In this document: piece after piece, positions 63,147-64,000 of the stretch
Numbering within the stretch: position 1 is the first letter of the stretch
How the letters are laid out: each line of letters begins with the position of its first letter
Assembly (NCBI RefSeq): GCF_006345805.1
Contig: NC_043021.1
Span: 2,170,001 to 2,234,000 of the forward strand
Origin: Octopus sinensis
Taxonomy: Eukaryota
Direction of reading: 5' to 3'
DNA: 64,000 bases
Position numbers and translations under genes: made by a program
The notes under the pieces: generated by a model
Seen by the model: the letters and a program-made list of their open reading frames with translations, nothing else
The model's database searches: none
Told to the model about the DNA's origin: nothing

Positions 63147-64000
63147 GTTTCACAAACACACATATATATACATATATATATATGTATACACACACACATC
63201 CATACATACATAAAAGAGAGTATGTATGTGTGTCTCTTCGTCTGTCCTCTTCACTGCTTGACGACCAGTGTCGGTTTGTTTATGTCCTCTGTAACTTAAC
63301 AGTTTGGCAAAAGAGATAGAATAAATAACAGACTTTAAAAATTATGTTCTGGGGTTGCTGTGTTGAACTTAAACCCTTCAGAGTGGTACCCTAGTATGGC
63401 CCCAATCCAGTGACTGAAACAGGTAAAAGATGCATCTCATGGCTTCCCCTTGTTCCTTGTATTCCTGTGAGATTCCCTTAGCTTTCCAATGAGAGTGGCA
63501 CCACCCTCTTTGAGAAGCACTTGCTCAGAACAAACCCCACTCACTGCCATTATTTTTCAAAGCTTGTAGGAAGTTTGTGATTGAGGGTGAATTGGCTGCT
63601 GTGTTGAGTAAGCTGGGTGATTTATACAAGCTTTTTAGGGTGTGTGTGTGAGAATGAGAGGAAATGTGTATGTGAGTGTGTGTGTGTGATGGAGATCACT
63701 CAGTGTAACTGTTGTATTGTGTGTGGCAGTGGAGGTCATAAGAGTGTCTGAAAAGAAGCAGTTAAGGTCATGTGGTGGAGGGAGCAGCAGTATGGCAGGA
63801 GAGCCCTATTGTGTGTGTGTTGGGTAGGTCACAGGACAGCCCCAAGTGAGCAGACCTTTGATGACAAACCTTCCATTGTGACAATATTCCTCTTCCTCTG
63901 ACCCCATGTGTTCTATGTGTCCTTCTCTTTTTTTCTTTTTCAAACTGACAGGGTGTGGCTTTTGAGAGATTTGGCTGTTGTTTCTAGCAGATGGAACAAC

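Noticed and set aside
28407-64000. PTEN exon 2 or later exons
   Set aside because: By-eye search for IIAMGFP-type codons and for a U12 branch site followed by an in-frame exon found nothing. A short or divergent exon could have been missed.

Overview
Eukaryotic (animal) genomic DNA, very repeat-rich and mostly non-coding. The microsatellite load and SINE/MITE families suggest an Octopus-type cephalopod; this is inferred from recall of these repeat families, not from a search. Supported genes are (1) an intact tRNA-His(GTG) on the minus strand at 21668-21739 and (2) the first coding exon of PTEN (+, 28319-28397), followed by a canonical U12-type donor (GTATCCTTT). I did not find exon 2, so intron 1 probably exceeds 35 kb. 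The rest comprises a decayed Tc1 transposon with DD36E spacing, dozens of copies of several tRNA-derived SINE families (labelled A, C, D, I here), an RTE-type (GAT)n-tailed element (B), TTAA-flanked piggyBac-like MITEs (F, G), a mariner MITE, a CR1 3' end, an old tandem-prone repeat (J) and long microsatellites. The most unusual structure lies at 21.3-23 kb and 26-28 kb: four degenerate tandem copies of the tRNA-His 3' end plus trailer directly downstream of the tRNA, a U5-like structured segment, a perfect 22-bp hairpin next to a splice donor, and repeated motif clusters upstream of PTEN. Nearly all entries in the ORF track are microsatellite or SINE artefacts. Repeat coordinates were set by eye and are approximate (about +/-10-20 bp).
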